A stretch of 64,000 nucleotides of DNA. It comes from a virus. Both the position numbers and the translations under genes were made by a program. Below the pieces are notes generated by a model that was not told the DNA's origin, did no database searches, and saw only the letters and a program-made list of their open reading frames with translations. The first letter of the stretch is position 1; each line of letters opens with the position of its first letter. Positions 9,217 through 18,840 of this stretch are shown here, in pieces. The stretch is from positions 11,684-75,683 of the IMG/VR virus record IMGVR_UViG_3300036795_000241; one strand, 5' to 3'.

Positions 9217-9858
9217 GTGACCACCATGACAGCGCCGGAAGCACCCATCACCGAGCGACAGGCACCGTTCATTCGCCAGCTCGCCAACGAGAGGGTACTG
9301 CCTGAGGACGTTCGTCAGCGACTGCTGAACGGATACGAGGGCTTCTCGAAGGCAAAGGCCAGCGAGACGATCAAGTGGCTGCTCCGGCAGCCCGTGAAGC
9401 CGGGTCAGGTGCCCAACCGGATCGCCGCGATGCCGCAGGCGGCAACTTCACGATCCCGTACCGTAGCAGCCGAACGGGTCAACGCGGAACTGTCCCGCCA
9501 GCGGACCACTGGGGAGCGGCCGGCACGAAGTGCGCCGGCGGAGGAGGGTGCGTACCAGAAGGACGGTGTCGTTTACATCGTCATCAGCAACAAGCAGGGC
9601 ACCCGCCGTTACGCGAAGAAGATCGTGGAGAGCCCGCCACGGATGACCGAGTCCGGCGAGGTCGTGGACTTCGAGTTCGAGCGGTCGCCCGGAATGGTTT
9701 TCGTGCTGACCGCAGCGGACCGGCTGGAGAAGGTCGAGATCGAAAGGCTGATGACGAAGTACAAGCGCTGCATCCGCTGCCACGTTCAGCTGAAGGCGGC
9801 CAAGTCGGTAGCGCGTGCCGCCGGTAAGCGTTGCGCGACCAAGCTGGGACTGATCTGA
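9217..9858 (+). CDS. Hypothetical protein with C-terminal CxxC...C zinc finger
   Basis: CIRCHVQL....S.....GKRCA; GAGGAG RBS; promoter 9154. Confidence 0.65.
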   Translation: MTTMTAPEAPITERQAPFIRQLANERVLPEDVRQRLLNGYEGFSKAKASETIKWLLRQPVKPGQVPNRIAAMPQAATSRSRTVAAERVNAELSRQRTTGERPARSAPAEEGAYQKDGVVYIVISNKQGTRRYAKKIVESPPRMTESGEVVDFEFERSPGMVFVLTAADRLEKVEIERLMTKYKRCIRCHVQLKAAKSVARAAGKRCATKLGLI

Positions 9859-9859
9859 G

Positions 9860-10138
9860 GTGGCCGCCAAGTTCTTCGACATTTCGCGTCCCGGTGTCGA
9901 CCCGATGCTCACCGCAACCGTTAGCGAGCAGGGCTTCGTGTACCTGCACAGCCGTTACGAGGACGGACACGAACGCTCGGTAACCGTGATCGCGTCGTAC
10001 GAGATCGACGCTCTCGCCGCAGTCGTATCCGAAGCCAAACGCCAACGAAGGAGGACCGCCCGCAAAGAGGCTCGGCGGGAGCAGCGGAAGCACCTGCGGG
10101 ACATCTCCGCGGATACCTGCGGACAGAACAGCGTGTGA
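9860..10138 (+). CDS. Hypothetical protein
   Basis: ORF abutting the upstream gene. Confidence 0.55.
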   Translation: MAAKFFDISRPGVDPMLTATVSEQGFVYLHSRYEDGHERSVTVIASYEIDALAAVVSEAKRQRRRTARKEARREQRKHLRDISADTCGQNSV

Positions 10139-10168
10139 TCCAACTCACATTCAGATGCCCATTTCGGG

Positions 10169-10197
10169 TTGACAGGACCCGGAAGTCATGCTAGACT
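10169..10197 (+). promoter_or_regulatory. Primary-sigma promoter
   Basis: TTGACA-N17-TAGACT. Confidence 0.8.
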
Positions 10198-10245
10198 GGC
10201 ATGTGCCAGCAACACCAGCGGAACCTTTCAGAAGGGGAAATCACA

Positions 10246-11172
10246 ATGGCTGATACCGTCAGCGGCCAGCTCAAGCGCCGTCAGGCCACTCGTCGGGCCA
10301 AGCCCGCCGCAGCGAAGGCCGAGCCCGACATCACCGAAGCCGCAGACACCGTGAAGGCGGAGCCCGAGGCCGCCACTCCGAAGCCCGCCGCGCCCAAGGG
10401 TCCCCGGCGCCGGAAGCCCGCCGCGGTCAAGGCGGCACCCGAGCCGGAGCCCGAGGTCGACGAGGAGGAGGACGAGGAGCCCGAAGAGGACGATGACGAG
10501 GGCACCGAGACCGAAGCGAAGGAGAAGGGCAAGCCCGGTCGCAAGCCGGTCGAGCGGACCCCCGAGGAGGAGGCCGAGCGCGCCCGCGTCAAGGAGGAGA
10601 AGAAGCAGGCCGCCTTCGCGAAGCTGCGTGAGCGGAACGTGGCCAAGCGCGCCGCCGCGGACAAGGCCCGCAAGGAGCTCGTGACCAAGCTTTCCGGCGA
10701 GCTGACCACCGGCCAGGAGAAGTACCTGATCCGCGCCAGCTACTACGGCGTCAAGTGCATCGTGCAGAAGGTCGAGGAGGTGCGGGGTCGCGTTCTCGTC
10801 ACCGTGCTCTGCGTGACCACGAAGACCGGTCAGCCACTGGAGGAGAGCGCGTTCTACACCCGCCGCGTTTCGCCGAAGTTCCTCCTGGACGAGAAGCCCA
10901 CCGAGGCGTACGAGCCCCGGCGCGGCGGAAAGCCGAAGCGGAAGGCGAAGAACCGCCGGGAGCGCGCCGCCAAGCGCACCGAGGCCGAGGCCGCCTCCGA
11001 TGTCGAACTCGACGAAGAGGCCGAGATCGACGAGGAGGACCTGGAGGACGAGGAGCTCGAGACCGAAGAGGCGACGGACGAGCTCGAGGACGACGCCGAC
11101 ACCGATGAGGACGAAGAGGAGGAGGACGAGGAAAGCGACGAGGAGGACGAGGAGGGCGACTCCTGGGGCTGA
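10246..11172 (+). CDS. Highly charged protein: Lys/Ala/Pro-rich N-terminus, central globular domain, long acidic tail ending DSWG
   Basis: Own promoter (10169), RBS, very GC3-rich codons and a downstream hairpin. Confidence 0.8.
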   Translation: MADTVSGQLKRRQATRRAKPAAAKAEPDITEAADTVKAEPEAATPKPAAPKGPRRRKPAAVKAAPEPEPEVDEEEDEEPEEDDDEGTETEAKEKGKPGRKPVERTPEEEAERARVKEEKKQAAFAKLRERNVAKRAAADKARKELVTKLSGELTTGQEKYLIRASYYGVKCIVQKVEEVRGRVLVTVLCVTTKTGQPLEESAFYTRRVSPKFLLDEKPTEAYEPRRGGKPKRKAKNRRERAAKRTEAEAASDVELDEEAEIDEEDLEDEELETEEATDELEDDADTDEDEEEEDEESDEEDEEGDSWG

Positions 11173-11215
11173 GCGTCCCGTTCCACTTCCGTCAACCGGA
11201 GTTACCGATGAGTAA

Positions 11216-11256
11216 GCCGCAGAGGCGGGCATCCATTCGGGTGTCCGCCTCGCGGC
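11216..11256 (+). terminator. Stable hairpin, likely terminator
   Basis: GCCGC(A)GAGGCGGGCATCC-ATTC-GGGTGTCCGCCTCGCGGC; G-U pairs favour the + strand. Confidence 0.65.
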
Positions 11257-11274
11257 ATCTTTAGGGAGATCGCG

Positions 11275-11751
11275 TTGCAGCTAAACCCGAATCATGCTCC
11301 TGTCGAAACGAAGGTAGTGGCGCAATCCGGGACGTCCATCGCCAGTGGGATTCTCGTGTGGTGCCTCGTAACGTTCGTCCCCGCATTCCACGCCGGCATT
11401 CCATCCGACCTGCAGCCGTTTGTCCCCGTTATCGCGGCATGGCTCGTCGGTACCGCATCCGGCTATTTCGCGTCGCATACGCCACGGCTTGACGAAGCGC
11501 TGCGTCAGGCGATGCAGGCACTGGGGACGGTGTCGACAAAGCTTTCCCCCGCAATCGTTGGCGAACTCCGGTCGTTTACGCCGGCGCCCGTTACCGTTAA
11601 CGTGCACACAAGTGGCGGGGATCCGGGTGTGGCCGTTACGCAAGCTGAGCAGCCGGCGCCAAAGTCCGAGGCACCGACCGTTACGCAGTCGTCAGGCGTA
11701 AAGGTGATCACGGACCCGTCAGCCGGAACGGGCTCGTGGTCATCCGGATGA
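11275..11751 (+). CDS. Two-TM membrane protein resembling actinophage holins
   Basis: VETKV..., two hydrophobic helices, GY.A.HTPR motif. Confidence 0.55.
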   Translation: MQLNPNHAPVETKVVAQSGTSIASGILVWCLVTFVPAFHAGIPSDLQPFVPVIAAWLVGTASGYFASHTPRLDEALRQAMQALGTVSTKLSPAIVGELRSFTPAPVTVNVHTSGGDPGVAVTQAEQPAPKSEAPTVTQSSGVKVITDPSAGTGSWSSG

Positions 11752-13079
11752 AGCTAAGCAACTATCAGGTCGAGGCCGTACAGAAGTTCCTCGCGAACCC
11801 GACCTTTGCGGATTTCGACGTGCCCGGAGCGGGAAAGACCGCCGTAGCCGCAAATGCGATCTCCGAGTACGACCGGTATCCCGCCGTGATCACCATGCCC
11901 GCGCACTTGATTCCGCAATGGGTCGATGAGCTAGTGCGGTGGGGCGTCCCGGAGGACGAAATCGCCGCGTGTCCCCGGGGTACGAAGCCGGCGGAACGGA
12001 TCGACGCGTTGACGAGTAATGCGGCGATAAAGCTGGTCAGCTACAATGCGTGGACCAGTGCGGAGTATCGTCCCTATCTCCTCGATCGCCGAATGCAGTG
12101 TTACGTATTCGACGAGAGTCACCGCTTGCGCAAAGGGAAGCAAGGGAAGACGGGAGCGTGGCAAGCCGTATCATGGCTGCGAACGAAGACCCGATCGAAG
12201 CACATGAAGACCCCGGTGTGGTGGCTGAGCGGAACGCCGATCGTAAAGGACGCGACGGACGTATTCCCGCTGCTACACATGGCGAATCCGTATCGATGGC
12301 GATCACGTCGCGACTTCGCTATCGACACGTGCCTGACCACGCAAACCCCGTATTCGCTTTCTATCGGGCGAGTACGGGACCAGGAGAAGTTCCGCAACTT
12401 GCTGGGTCGCTATTCTATCAGGCGCACCTGGGCCGAAATACCGGAGCTGCGGGGACTGAAACGCCGCGACATTCCGTTGCCGCTGACGATGGACCGGGAG
12501 CTGCGACAGCGCCATCGGACGATCAAGAAGGACTATCGGGACCCGGTCACCGGTGAACCGATTGACTCGGCGTCGGCTATGATCCATGTCCTCCGTGGGC
12601 TAACCCTGCCCCTGAAAGCCGAAGCAGCCGCAGAGCTCGTTGAAGACCATCCTGGCCGGCTCCTGCTCTTCGTTTGGTACAAGGACAGTGGTCGGTACCT
12701 GCAGACCTACCTGGAACGCCACCTCAAACGGGAAATCGGGCACATTGACGGGTCGACTAGCGAGAAGCAGCGAGAGGCGGCGATCCGTCACTATCGTAGT
12801 GACCCGAATGCGGTACTGGTCGCGACCATCGGATCACTGGCGGAAGGCGGGAATTTCCAGCAAGGCTACCAGGTAGCTTTCGTTGAGCAGCATTATTTGT
12901 CCACGAGCAACGAACAGGCACTGATGCGCGTCTTCCGCCGTGGACAGAAGCAACCGGTTCTCGTTTTCTGGCTGCACGTGAAAGGCTCCTTCGATATGCG
13001 GGTCAAGCGAGTGGCGGACAAGCGCGGATCGGACATCGAGTACGCGCTGGACGATTTCCTCGCGGAGGAAGAATGGTAA
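11748..13079 (+). CDS. SNF2-family (SF2) helicase
   Basis: YQ motif, PGAGKT, DESH, LSGTP, IDGST, EGGNFQ, QA..RV.RRGQ. Confidence 0.9.
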   Translation: MKLSNYQVEAVQKFLANPTFADFDVPGAGKTAVAANAISEYDRYPAVITMPAHLIPQWVDELVRWGVPEDEIAACPRGTKPAERIDALTSNAAIKLVSYNAWTSAEYRPYLLDRRMQCYVFDESHRLRKGKQGKTGAWQAVSWLRTKTRSKHMKTPVWWLSGTPIVKDATDVFPLLHMANPYRWRSRRDFAIDTCLTTQTPYSLSIGRVRDQEKFRNLLGRYSIRRTWAEIPELRGLKRRDIPLPLTMDRELRQRHRTIKKDYRDPVTGEPIDSASAMIHVLRGLTLPLKAEAAAELVEDHPGRLLLFVWYKDSGRYLQTYLERHLKREIGHIDGSTSEKQREAAIRHYRSDPNAVLVATIGSLAEGGNFQQGYQVAFVEQHYLSTSNEQALMRVFRRGQKQPVLVFWLHVKGSFDMRVKRVADKRGSDIEYALDDFLAEEEW

Positions 13080-13548
13080 CAACAGTACTGGGCAGTATCG
13101 GTATTGCATTCTCGCTGTGGGTGCTTTTCCTCGTACTGCGATCAGCTAATACGCGTTGCGCGTGGTGCTTTGCGCCACTTTACCGTATTCGCCGATATCA
13201 AGGCTACTGCCACGAATGCGGCGAACGGATTTGCGGTGAAGGCGGGCTTTACCTGCAGAACGGTAGCTCGCCGTATAAGTTCCACGCTCGTAGCAGCAAC
13301 ACTGAACGAGTGCGGTGATGTGTCTTCGCCAGTGGGCACTTCTCGAAAGCCGGTTGCACGAGCTGCACTGTCAGGAGTGCGAACCGCATATCAAGCATTA
13401 CGATCCGACGTTCAATGCCGAATGGTACGCAATTCATCCCGAAAAGCCGGTAGTGCTTTACCGTTCCGATTTCCAGCGCTTCTTTCATCAATCGCCATAC
13501 GATTTTCCCCTTCTCGCCACTGTTGACAGTGCGGGTAATCTGGATTAG
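13073..13548 (+). CDS. Two small Cys-containing hypothetical genes (13073-13318, 13315-13548)
   Basis: Overlapping stop/start codons; CxxC motifs. Confidence 0.5.
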
Positions 13549-13551
13549 ACT
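13523..13551 (+). promoter_or_regulatory. Promoter for leaderless exonuclease mRNA
   Basis: TTGACA-N17-TAGACT, ATG 6 nt later. Confidence 0.8.
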
Positions 13552-13557
13552 GGAGCC

Positions 13558-14787
13558 ATGACCGAACAGCTCACGTTCCCTCCCCGCTGGCAGCAGAGGC
13601 CGCCCGCCGGGACCGGATCGCCACTTACCGCACCGTTTGAGGTGTCGGTAACCGAACTGAACACGTTTCAGCGATGCCGTCGCAACTGGGACGAGACATC
13701 GCCATCACGGAAATCGCTGCACCTCAAGGGCGTCCCATCCGTCGCATTGAATGTCGGCTCGGCGATGCACTACGCCGTAGCCGCGCAAACGCTCGGGCAG
13801 GATCCGGAGCAAGCGATCCGCGAGTTCTATTCCGCCTCACGAGCCAAGATCGAGTTCGACTATCGCAATCAAGTCGGTACCGGACTTTCCGACGAAGAGC
13901 TCGACTCACTCGATGCGCAGCGAATGATGTGTCTGCAGCTCATCCGCGCGTACTACGCACGCTACGGACTGAAGAACCCCGTGCGACCGTATCGGTCCAT
14001 CGCCTGCGAGGTCACGTTCCGCATTCCGCTCGATGAGTGGCTCGGCATCTATCTCATCGGGACGATCGACCAAGTGGTCGTTGACGAATCCGACTGCCCG
14101 ATCCCGGTCGAAACGAAGACCTACAGCCGGAAGCCGAACAAGACGGACTGGCGTTTCGCACACCAGCCGTACGGATATGCGGCCGCGCTGCAGTACCTCA
14201 CTGGGCAACGGGTCCCGTATTTCTTGTATAACGGAATCCGCAAGACCGGTCCCACGCAACCGAAAATCCTCAAGCGCGGCGGCGTATCGCAGCGCTGGAT
14301 CGATACGACCTACGAGGTCTATCGCGATGCCGTACGCCTCGAGCACGGCGGGAAGATTCCGAACAGCTATCTCGATATTCTGAACCGCTTCAAGGCGCGC
14401 GACAATTCGCCGGAGAATGCGTTCACGACACGCTTCCGGATGCCGGTGTCGCAGCACGCGATTGAGCTGTGGCTAGACCAAGCCGCCGCGATCGCCCGCG
14501 AAATGGCGTTCTCGCCGATCATCTACCCGAACTTCCCGTGGAACGGATGTCGCTTCTGTCGCACGCAGGATCTGTGTCACGCGCTGCAAGCCGGTGACGA
14601 CGCCCAGTACCAGTACCTCGTTAACGAGAACTACCGGATCGACACCACGCACACGCGGAAAGCGAAGCACATCGCGACCCGTAAGAACGTACGCAACGTG
14701 GAAGACCTCGCGGCATTTGCCCGCAACCAGGAACTGCTCCCGCCCGTTATCGAAGACTCGAACGCCGAAACACTGGAGGAGGACTAG
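13558..14787 (+). CDS. Cas4/RecB-like PD-(D/E)XK exonuclease
   Basis: N-terminal C, G...H, E..F, GTID, ETKT, Q..GY, C-terminal CxxC-x5-C (Fe-S type); apparently leaderless from promoter 13523. Confidence 0.85.
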   Translation: MTEQLTFPPRWQQRPPAGTGSPLTAPFEVSVTELNTFQRCRRNWDETSPSRKSLHLKGVPSVALNVGSAMHYAVAAQTLGQDPEQAIREFYSASRAKIEFDYRNQVGTGLSDEELDSLDAQRMMCLQLIRAYYARYGLKNPVRPYRSIACEVTFRIPLDEWLGIYLIGTIDQVVVDESDCPIPVETKTYSRKPNKTDWRFAHQPYGYAAALQYLTGQRVPYFLYNGIRKTGPTQPKILKRGGVSQRWIDTTYEVYRDAVRLEHGGKIPNSYLDILNRFKARDNSPENAFTTRFRMPVSQHAIELWLDQAAAIAREMAFSPIIYPNFPWNGCRFCRTQDLCHALQAGDDAQYQYLVNENYRIDTTHTRKAKHIATRKNVRNVEDLAAFARNQELLPPVIEDSNAETLEED

Positions 14788-14788
14788 C

Positions 14789-15380
14789 ATGCGTCGCCTC
14801 GGACACCTACTCCGCAAATGGGCCGACCGCATCGATCGGGACCACGCCTTTCTCGCCACGCACTGGCACCTGACGTTCGAAACCGGTAAGGGTGCCGATA
14901 TCCACGAGCAGTCGTACGGCTGTCGGCTGTGGTACTACGCTCCGGACTACGGAAAGGCGCACAGCGAAGCGAAAGCTCGCGATCCGGAACTCGATGAAGA
15001 AACAATGCGCCTCATCAGCGAGCAGGAGCAGAATCGCCGCCTAGCCGAAGCCAACGCACGGGACGCCTACTGGAAGCGGACGAATCCTCCTAGCGAAGGG
15101 AGGTAACGTGCCGCGGCTCACACCACGACGTAATGACGGTAAAGCGGTACTCGATCATCCCGGCGAAGTTAGCTGGTTCTCCGGTTACGGCCCGCTACCG
15201 ATTATAGGTGATTGCGATCACACCGACTGTCTTCATCGCGGTACCGCTGATATCGCTTACGGTCCGGACTTCGATCACTACGAACTGGTCGAATGCTCAG
15301 ACTGCGGGTGTCGCGCGTGGATACCGGATTCTGCACAAGTGAAAGATTTCGAGAATGCGCACTGGAGGAAGGTCCGATGA
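14789..15380 (+). CDS. Two hypothetical genes (14789-15106, 15108-15380)
   Basis: GGAGG RBSs before each start. Confidence 0.55.
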
Positions 15381-15937
15381 CTAACATCTATTACGACACC
15401 GAGTTCCTCGAGGACGGGCGTACGATCGAGCTGATCTCGATCGGGATGATTCGCGAGGACGGTACCGAGTACTACGCGGTCAACGCGGATATGCCGGTAA
15501 CACGGATCTGGCGGCACCCGTGGCTGCGCGAGAACGTCCTACCGTCGCTTCCCGTTATCGATACGCATTCGATCCATCTCGTGCGCCTGGACTACAATAG
15601 CATCGACGTGAAGCCGCGACAGGTTATCGCCAACGAGGTTCGCGAGTTCGTGCTGGGTGTACCGGATCCGCGACTTTGGGCGTGGTACGGAGCTTACGAT
15701 CACGTCGCACTATGTCAGCTCTACGGACCGATGATCGTCCTTCCGCCAGGTTTCCCGATGCATACGAACGACCTGAAGCAAACGGTTGACGACCTCGGCG
15801 GTATCGCACTCCCTTCGATGCCGGGGATAACGGAGCACAATGCGTTGGACGATGCGCGTGAGCTTCGGTACCGGGCCCGGTGGCTCCGGGAACGCGAACT
15901 ACGTATCCGCGCGGGTACCTACGAATTCAAGCCGTAG
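15377..15937 (+). CDS. DEDDh 3'-5' exoribonuclease (Rv2179c-like)
   Basis: YDTEF...LISIG, WAWYGAYD, HNALDDAR. Confidence 0.88.
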   Translation: MTNIYYDTEFLEDGRTIELISIGMIREDGTEYYAVNADMPVTRIWRHPWLRENVLPSLPVIDTHSIHLVRLDYNSIDVKPRQVIANEVREFVLGVPDPRLWAWYGAYDHVALCQLYGPMIVLPPGFPMHTNDLKQTVDDLGGIALPSMPGITEHNALDDARELRYRARWLRERELRIRAGTYEFKP

Positions 15938-15945
15938 CGACCAGC

Positions 15946-15974
15946 TTGACAGACTTGTCAGTTTCTGCTAGACT
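15946..15974 (+). promoter_or_regulatory. Primary-sigma promoter
   Basis: TTGACA-N17-TAGACT; TGACA-N4-TGTCA inverted repeat over the -35. Confidence 0.8.
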
Positions 15975-16005
15975 GGGTGCTGTGGGAGAGCACCAGGAGG
16001 CAGCA

Positions 16006-17769
16006 GTGGAGCGTCAGGTAACGATGCAGCTAAAAGTCCGGCGCGCGATTGACGACGAGGGGCTGGGCTTTGACGGTGACGGACCCAAGCCGGAGCCGAT
16101 CAACGAGATCACCGATTGGCTGATCGCGAAAGGTTACACCGTCGAGCAGTTCCAGCACGACAGCGGAGTTGCGAACCGGTCCGTACTATTTCACCTGTAC
16201 GACCTGCTGTGCCGAGTGCTGTAGAAGGGGAACGAAATGTACACGTGGGGCACGATGACGATAAGCGGAATTTACGGATCACCCGTGGTCGCGGATACCC
16301 TCGAAGAGGCGATCAAGAAGGCGGAAGCTATCGGCGAAGTGGTCCTGGACGCCACCGATGTGAACGGCGAGCACACCCTGATCGTGGCCGAGTAGGAGGC
16401 AGCTAATGTCGCAGCGTTTTGTGATATTCAAGAACGGCGTAGAGGTCATCGAGGACGGTGCTCCGGTTGCACTCGATCGTTACGAGTCCGCTCAGATGTA
16501 CGCCGGAATGGTCGATGGCGAAGTTGCGCAGCTCGTGTGGTCCCGCGAGGACGAGTCCTGATGCCGACGCCGACCGGACTGCCGAAAGTTGGCGAAGTGT
16601 GGGAGCGTACGTGGAGTCAACCTCCGGCATGGCATCCCGACACCGTTCGATTCGTCGTGCTGGAACGCGGAAGTGGCTCCTACTGGTCGCTACGCGTATA
16701 CGTAGCCAACGCCAACCCGGGTAACGAACGACAGCTATGGGTCGACTCGTCCTACTGGTTCTCGCGTGGTCAGCTCAAATACCTCGAACCCGCCGGTCCG
16801 GAGACGAAGAAGAAGCTAGGACTCGCGTAGGCGAACCGCCACACCCGGAGGCGATAGCGTATCGAATTCCGAGTTGACAAGTGTCGATGCGGGATGCTAT
16901 ACTACAGGCATGGAGCCAGCAGAGGTATTGCGTCAGCACGGTCTGGAAAGCCACCACAACGCGAAGGGAGAGCTAGTCCTAGCAAAGCAGGAAGCCAGTG
17001 ACCTAGCGGAGTACCTAGAGCTAATGTACCACGAGCTCTTTAAGCTAGGGCTGTGTCCGAACGGTTCACCGCTATTCCGCGAGGAGATCCGCCACACCCG
17101 GGGGCGTTAGCGTTTCGCGAGCTTGACAGTCACGGAGTTTTCTGCTATACTGGTGCTGTACGCCAGCGAAAAGTTACGACACAGCTAGGAGACCGCAATG
17201 CCGCGACAGGACGCCGAAGTGAAGTACTATCTCGAAAGCGATAGCGGACTATCCGACCAGGACAAGCTCGCAATCCCGTTCACCGTTCAGCGGCTGCAGG
17301 CGATCGAGCAGGCCCTCCGGGAGCAGGTCGTTACCGAGCGGTCGCAGGGCGACGAAGAAACCGCCTGGGCACTCGAGCGTGACGCCGACCTGATCGCGGA
17401 GAATCTCGAACGACACGGCTGGCTCTAGGTAATCCGCCACACCGCTGCGCCGGCCGCTACTCACCCGCTTGACAGGCTGGGCAGTCTCTGCTAGACTGGT
17501 GCTGTGGGCACAGGTGGAGCGACCAGGAGGGTCAGCAGCATGCAGGAGATCGTCGAATGCCCGTTCTGCGGAACGGAGTGCGTGATCGTTCAGGGTTACT
17601 GCAGCGAGTGCGACCACGAGATCACCGAGGAGGACGCAAAGTGAAGATGGCATACGTTTACGATGACGCCGACAACCTGCAGGAAGCGTTCCTCGTTACC
17701 CCGCAGCAGTTCGCCGACCTGGAGGCGGACCTGCCCGAGGGCTGGAGCGTTTCGGAGAAGGGTAAGTAG
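16006..17769 (+). CDS. Array of about eight very short early genes (ending 16224, 16395, 16561, 16830, 17110, 17428, 17644, 17769)
   Basis: RBS-led or leaderless ORFs of roughly 35-90 aa interleaved with four consensus promoters. Confidence 0.6.
16874..16903 (+). promoter_or_regulatory. Promoter (leaderless ATG 16910)
   Basis: TTGACA-N18-TATACT. Confidence 0.8.
17123..17151 (+). promoter_or_regulatory. Primary-sigma promoter
   Basis: TTGACA-N17-TATACT. Confidence 0.8.
17469..17497 (+). promoter_or_regulatory. Primary-sigma promoter
   Basis: TTGACA-N17-TAGACT. Confidence 0.8.
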
Positions 17770-17815
17770 CGATGAAGCAGGCAGCCACACCCGGAGGCGC
17801 AGCTACTCCGCGGAC

Positions 17816-17844
17816 TTGACAGTCGCGGGGATCTCTGCTAGACT
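17816..17844 (+). promoter_or_regulatory. Primary-sigma promoter
   Basis: TTGACA-N17-TAGACT. Confidence 0.8.
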
Positions 17845-17878
17845 GGGTGCTGTGGATGAAGCAGCGACCAGGAGGACC

Positions 17879-18133
17879 ATGACTGAGACCAATTACGCCG
17901 TTGCTCCGGGCGAGTACCTGGAGGAGTGGATCGATGACCGCGACCTCTCTCGGCAGCACGTCGCCGACCTCCTGGGCTTCAGCCGCAAGCAGGTCAACGA
18001 GATCGTAAACGGGCGTGCGCCGATAACCGGCCACATCGCAATCCGGCTGAAGCGGGTTGTCGGCATTCCCGCCGACACCTGGTTGCGGTACGAAGCGTCC
18101 TACCGAGCCGACCTGGCCCGTATCGCCGAGTAG
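17879..18133 (+). CDS. HigA-like XRE HTH protein
   Basis: PGEYLEEW...LA..LG.SRKQVNEIVNGRAPIT..IA.RL....G.PA..WL, the HigA/VapI pattern; own promoter and AGGAGG. Confidence 0.85.
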   Translation: MTETNYAVAPGEYLEEWIDDRDLSRQHVADLLGFSRKQVNEIVNGRAPITGHIAIRLKRVVGIPADTWLRYEASYRADLARIAE

Positions 18134-18145
18134 GAGGAGCAACTA

Positions 18146-18749
18146 ATGCCGCAGCAGAACGAAGAGCACGTTCCCGACAGTGCAGTTCTCGCCGAAATCC
18201 TCGAGGACATGCAGGCGCACGAGGAGGAGGAGGAGGACGATGTCGAAATCTCCTTCGCCGATGCACTGCGTTCGTACCTCGGCAACCTGAGTGACGATGC
18301 GCATGACGCCGGAACGGATGTCGAGTACATTCTCGGACTCGCCGGTCGCGTCAACGCGATCAAGCGTATCCACACGCAGCTAGGGATGCCGACCGAAGAC
18401 CCGCTCTACTTCCCGACCTTCGATGAGCTAATGGAGATGTGAGATGCCGATATTCACCTGGTCGCATCGGCCAGCCGCCGTTCCGGGCAGCGCACTGGAG
18501 GCGACGCTGTACATCGCCCGCGCGCAGTTCGCCGTTGAGCGCTTTATCGCCGGCGACCCGCACTTCACGTGGATCGCGGACTACGCCACCCGTATCTGCG
18601 ACGATTGCAGTGAGATTCAGACCGCCGCCGACGGGAATCACGTGGTCTACCGCGATCTGCTGATCGTCGGGTGCGAAGGCTACCGCCACCTTCCGCCGCA
18701 GTTCCTCGGGCTGGACGGTAGCAACTGGGAGGACTGGACGAAGTCGTAG
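18146..18749 (+). CDS. Two hypothetical genes (18146-18442 acidic; 18444-18749)
   Basis: RBS-led ORFs. Confidence 0.6.
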
Positions 18750-18816
18750 GTGACACCGAGGACGAAACGCCGAAAGGCGTCCACGGCTTAGGTGGCCGTG
18801 CCGACGAGTCCGTCAC
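18750..18816 (+). ncRNA. Type II hammerhead ribozyme (CCGACGA core variant)
   Basis: GGAC-GAAA-CGCC(GAAA)GGCG-UC-CACGGC(loop)GCCGUG-CCGACGA-GUCC; all three stems pair. Confidence 0.75.
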
Positions 18817-18840
18817 TTTCCGCGACAGGAGCAACACGCA

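Noticed and set aside
10228-11232. Long antisense ORFs (also 18565-20043, 48847-49788 and 58465-59400)
   Set aside because: Shadow frames of GC-rich real genes; no RBS, motifs or consistent strand context
11200-11270. Second hammerhead suggested by CCGATGAG
   Set aside because: No GAAA and stem III in the required arrangement
13558-14787. Cas4-like nuclease as a sign of a CRISPR system
   Set aside because: No repeat-spacer array or other cas genes seen; solo Cas4/RecB-like exonucleases are routine partners of phage Sak4/SSB
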